A DNA stretch of 64,000 nt from Azolla caroliniana. Taxonomy: Eukaryota; Plantae; Polypodiophyta. The position numbers and the translations under genes were made by a program. The stretch lies in contig JBHGNT010000010.1 in assembly GCA_043228905.1 (NCBI GenBank), forward strand, positions 14,942,001-15,006,000, read 5' to 3'. Shown here piece after piece: positions 60,001 to 64,000 of this stretch; position 1 is the stretch's first letter; every line of letters starts with the position of its first letter. The notes under the pieces were generated by a model. The model was not told where the DNA came from and did no database searches. It worked only from the letters and a program-made list of their open reading frames with translations.

Positions 60001-63000
60001 GCGATACGAGCGGATAACGGAGGGGAATACCGGGGGCAGTTCAAGGAGTACTGTCGCTTGAAGGGAATCCGGCTCGAGTTTACTGTGCCGAAGACGCCGG
60101 AACTGAACGGGCTGGCCGAGAGGATGAACCGGACCATAATGGAGAGGGTCCGGAGTATGCTGGCGCATGCGAAATTACCCAAGGGGTTTTGGGCTGAGGC
60201 AATGTCGACGGCGACATACGTGATAAACAGATCACCCTGAGTACCTTTGGACGGAGACACGCCGCAGAGAGTGTGGACCGGCAGGGAAGTATCCTACCGG
60301 CATCTGAAGGTGTTCAGGTGTCTCGCATATGTGCATGTGGCTAAGGACCGGAGAGGAAAGCTAGATCCAAAGACCCGGCCATGCATATTCCTCGGTTACG
60401 GCGATGACGAGTTCGGCTACCGAGTATGGGACCCGGTCGACAAGAAGATATTCCGGAGTCGTGATATCATCTTCATGGAGAACAAGACACTCGCCGACTG
60501 GGAGTCGGAGAAGAAAATGAAGAGCTCCAAGTCGACCGGTGAGGATCAACTCTACGAGGAGCAATCCCGACCGGCAAGGGACCGGTTAGCACTCGAGGAT
60601 CCGGCCGAAGACGGTGAAGAAACAGAACCGGTCGAGGAAGACGAAACTGATACCGGAACCGGCCCCGATCCCGAAATGGATTCGGATGAAGAGGAAACGG
60701 AGGAGCCGGTTACCGAAGCTCCGGAACGGAGATATCCTCTAAGAGAGAGAAGGGCCCCCCGGAGATTTCCGGAACCAGAGCACGTGCTGCTAACCGACGA
60801 GGGGGAGCCGGAGAGCTTTGAAGAAGCAAAGCATGACATCCAGAGCCGCAGGTGGTTGAGTGCCATGCAGGACGAGATGGATTCCCTGCATGAGAACCAC
60901 ACATATGAACTTGTGGAGTTGCCGAAAGGAAAACGGGCACTTCGAAACAAGTGGGTGTTCAAGCTGAAACCGGGAGATGCCGGAAACCCCCCGAGATACA
61001 AAGCCAGGATCGTGGTAAAGGGGTTTCAGCAGAAGAAGGGCATCGACTTCGACGAGATATTTGCCCCGGTAGTGAAGATGACCTCCATCCGGACGGTGCT
61101 GAGCATAGCGGCAAGCATGGACCTCGAGGTAGAACAGATGGACGTGAAGACGGCATTCCTTCACGGTGACCTCGAAGAAGAGATCTACATGCAGCAACCG
61201 GAAGGATTCGAGAAGAAAGGGAAGGAGCACCTGGTATGCCAGTTGAAGAAGAGCCTTTACGGACTGAAGCAGGCTCCCCGGCAATGGTATCGGAAGTTCG
61301 ACTCCTTCATGACCGACGAAGGGTACCTCAAAACGCAGTCCGACCACTGCGTGTTTGTGAAGAAGTTCGAAGGAGGAGACTTTCTAATACTCCTCCTGTA
61401 CGTGGACGACATGTTGATCGTCGGACGGGACCAGGTCAAGATACGGATGCTGAAGAAGGCTCTTCACCGAACCTTCTCAATGAAGGACTTGGGTCCGGCG
61501 AGACAAATACTAGGGATGCACATCATCCGGGACCGGAGCAAGAAGCAGTTGTGGCTGTCACAGGAGAAGTACGTGACAAAGGTGCTTAAACGGTTCAACA
61601 TGTCGGAAGCAAGACCGGTCGGATCGACCCTCCCGGCAAACTGCAAGCTGTCCAGCAAGCAAAGCCCCAAGACAAAGGCTGAGAAGGAGGACATGATGAA
61701 AGTGCCATATGCCTCTGCCGTCGGAAGCTTGATGTACGCAATGGTGTGTACAAGACCGGACATTGGATACGCAGTCGGAGTGGTGAGCCGGTACATGAGC
61801 AATCCCGGCAAAGAGCATTGGAACGCGGCCAAGTGGATACTCCGATACCTGAAGGGCACGGCAAACGTGTGCCTCCGATTCGGCTCCGGTAAGCCCTAAC
61901 TCGACGGCTTTACCGATTTGGATATGTCGGCTGATGCAGATACCAGCCGGTCCACATCAGGGTATGTGATGACGTATGCAGGGGGAGCTGTTTCATGGCA
62001 GTCGAGGCTGCAGAAGACGGTTGCGTTGTCAACCACGGAGGCGGAGTACATGGCGGCTGTTGAAGCCGGCAAGGAAATAATATGGATGAAGGGCTTCATT
62101 AGAGAGCTCGGTATCCAGCAGGAGGAGTACCGACTCTACTGCGACAGTCAGAGTGCCATCCACCTTGCGAAGAACGCGGCCTATCACTCCCGGACGAAGC
62201 ACATACAGCGAAGATATCACTGGATCCGGGAAAGGATAGAAGACAAGGAGTTCGTGTTGACGAAGGTCCACACGGACGAGAACGGGTCGGATATGCTGAC
62301 CAAGGTGCTCACACCCGACAAGCTGGAAGCATGCCGGAAGAGGATCGGATTGGAGAGACATCCCATGCCGAAGTGAAGGGGGAGTTTGTTGGGATTACGG
62401 TCCCTTCGGATGGGATGGTCGGATGTCGGAGATGAATGACGACAAGCCCGGTTGCGGTTTCGGAACCGGATGATGAAGATCCCGGTTACGGAGCCGGATG
62501 ACGAATGTACCCGGAGAGAGATCCGGATGCGGGGACATATTTGTGAATATGTTTGCCAAGGGCCCTTGAGGCTATAGTTGTAAATAGCCCAAAAGTCATA
62601 TGTGTATAAATATGACTTAGGGCAAACAGTTTTAATGTTGCTACTCTTTTTTTCTGTTTTTCCACTCAAGAGGAGTGAAGAGAGAGCAGCCGTGAGAGAG
62701 ATAGAGCGTGAGAGAGGAAGAGGTCGACGCCTCTGTGTAATTCCGCCGCCTGTGGCGAGGACAGCGAGCTCAAGGTCGTCGCCTTGCAGCTCGCCATTGT
62801 ATATTTCTCTGTGCATAGTTTTGGTTCGGAGTCTTGTACTCCCGTGGTTTTTCCCGTACAGGGTTTTCCACGTTAAATCGTGTGTCCACTCTATTTTTTC
62901 GCATTTCCCATTTTCTGCAACAACGATTCGTGTGTTTCCTTGGTTGTGGCCGAGAGGTGAAGTTTGGAAAGCGACGATTATTTCCATCATACACATCAGC

Positions 63001-63443
63001 ATGATGGCTTGCATTGCGTCATCCAACGGGAACTTGATCGCCGCAAGCTGGTTCACGAATCCCATGAACGTGCTGACGTGTTCGACCATGCTCTCGCCGT
63101 CCCGGTACTTAAGATTCACTATCTTCCTCATCAGGGAGGTCCGGGTCAGAGCATTCTTCCTCTCATACAGTCCGGACAGCTTCTGCCACATCTCATAGGC
63201 GTTCGTATAGTTCGCCACATGTTGCAGAACACTTACATCGACATATTGCCGGATCGTCGCTACGGCTTTCCGGTTCAGGAGCTTCCACTCCGACTCTATT
63301 ACACCCTTGGGTATCTCGGCATTGTCGATCGGTTCGTATAGGTCTTGGACGATGAGAAGGTCTTCCATCTTTATCTTCCAGTCGGCGTAGTTCTGTGAGT
63401 TCAACACCATCATGCCCGGAGGCCCACTACCGCCGCCTTCCAT
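54087..63443 (-). CDS. Copia I gag-pol polyprotein (1357 aa when rejoined: 63443-62990 + 57706-54087), disrupted only by insertion of J
   Basis: Frame rejoins as ...IMLMC-TLPESWENLVV...; CFYCGKPGHFQKNC, WVVDSGASFH, LELVHTDVC, ADNGGEY, MDVKTAFLHG, LYVDDML, ALSTTEAEY; no stops. Confidence 0.93.
57712..62989 (+). mobile_element. Full-length Ty1/Copia element J, nested in gag of I in opposite orientation
   Basis: LTRs 57712-58272 and 62387-62989 (3 substitutions plus a 42-bp deletion); perfect TACAC TSD; PBS TGGTATCAGAGC at 58276; PPT GAAGGGGGAG before 62387. Confidence 0.98.
58303..62376 (+). pseudogene. Copia J gag-pol (start ATG>ACG at 58303; stops at 60238-60240 and 61897-61899)
   Basis: Collinear with the I polyprotein; TCA>TGA and GAA>TAA relative to I; no frameshifts. 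Confidence 0.93.
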
Positions 63444-64000
63444 TTTCTGTGTTAACCTCGCTCTGATACCAGTTTGCTGAACACAGTGCTCGGCCACAAC
63501 CGAGGAATAGGATCAACTCACAGAAAACAGGAAATACAAAATGCACGAAGACAATAGAGAGAAGAGTACACAGGATGTTTTACGTGGAAAACCCTAAATG
63601 GGAAAAACCACGGGAGTCCTCAGACTCCAACTATCACTATAAACAGAGATGTACAATGGTGAAGCTACAAGGCAACAACCTTGAGCTCACTATCTTCGCC
63701 ACAGGCGGCGGTAATACACAGAGGCAACGACCTCTTCGTCTCTCTCTCACTCTCTCTCTCTCTCTCTCGGCTGCTCTCTTCACTCTTGCACACATAAGAG
63801 TGACAATACACAATAGGCAACAACATACAGCCAGCAACACTAAACAGTTTTCCCTAAGTCATATTTATACACATATGACTTTCGGATTATTTACAAATAT
63901 AGCCTCAAAGGGCTCTTGGAAAACATATTCACAAATATGTCCCCGCATCCGGATCTCTCTCCGGGTACATTCGTCATCCGGCTCCGTAGCCGGGGTCTTC

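Larger units (their letters stand above)
53451..64000 (-). mobile_element. Young Ty1/Copia element I (5' LTR runs off the window), interrupted by Copia J
   Basis: 3' LTR 53451-54076 and 5' LTR from 63475 (about 5 substitutions and one 2-bp indel in the ~525 bp comparable); iMet PBS at 63460-63471; PPT GAAGGGGGAG at ~54079-54088. Confidence 0.97.

Noticed and set aside
54192-62361. Many antisense and alternate-frame ORFs over the Copia pol genes
   Set aside because: Shadow ORFs of GC-rich coding sequence; their duplication simply reflects I/J homology.
62217-63497. 426-aa ORF fusing Copia I gag to the antisense J LTR
   Set aside because: Chance read-through at the insertion junction; no evidence of function.

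Overview
Eukaryotic, land-plant nuclear DNA. A non-seed lineage such as a liverwort or fern is my inference from the retroelement repertoire; the sequence does not prove it. There is one recognisable host gene: a 6-exon D-type cyclin (about 9509-12951, +) with canonical CYCD splice geometry, no LxCxE motif and an unusual charged heptad-repeat N-terminus. The rest is AT-rich decayed intergenic DNA (1-8.8 kb, 13-15.5 kb, 34.7-39.4 kb) plus two deeply nested retrotransposon stacks. Stack 1 (15.5-34.7 kb): a LINE 3' end, containing Gypsy A (tRNA-Trp PBS, 4-bp TSD), containing Gypsy C (tRNA-Arg PBS, extra ORF), containing a Copia-type solo LTR; a second solo LTR sits in A's integrase. Stack 2 (39.8-64 kb): Copia D containing Gypsy B (with a 255-bp insert) and Copia E; a chimeric solo LTR G; then Gypsy F containing Gypsy H, containing young Copia I, containing Copia J in inverted orientation. 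Most notable signals: (1) Gypsy C has no polypurine tract; a tRNA-Arg 3'-half mimic ending in CCA sits 2 nt before the 3' LTR and is complementary to the element's own PBS. (2) Gypsy A/B carry a GGAUUUU slippery site plus H-type pseudoknot between gag-protease and RT. (3) The A/B/H family inserts at CpG-centred 4-mers. (4) Copia I/J form a ~4.2-kb-arm inverted repeat with a sharply bounded near-identical tract. No rRNA, tRNA gene or CRISPR array was seen. All alignments and counts were done by eye.
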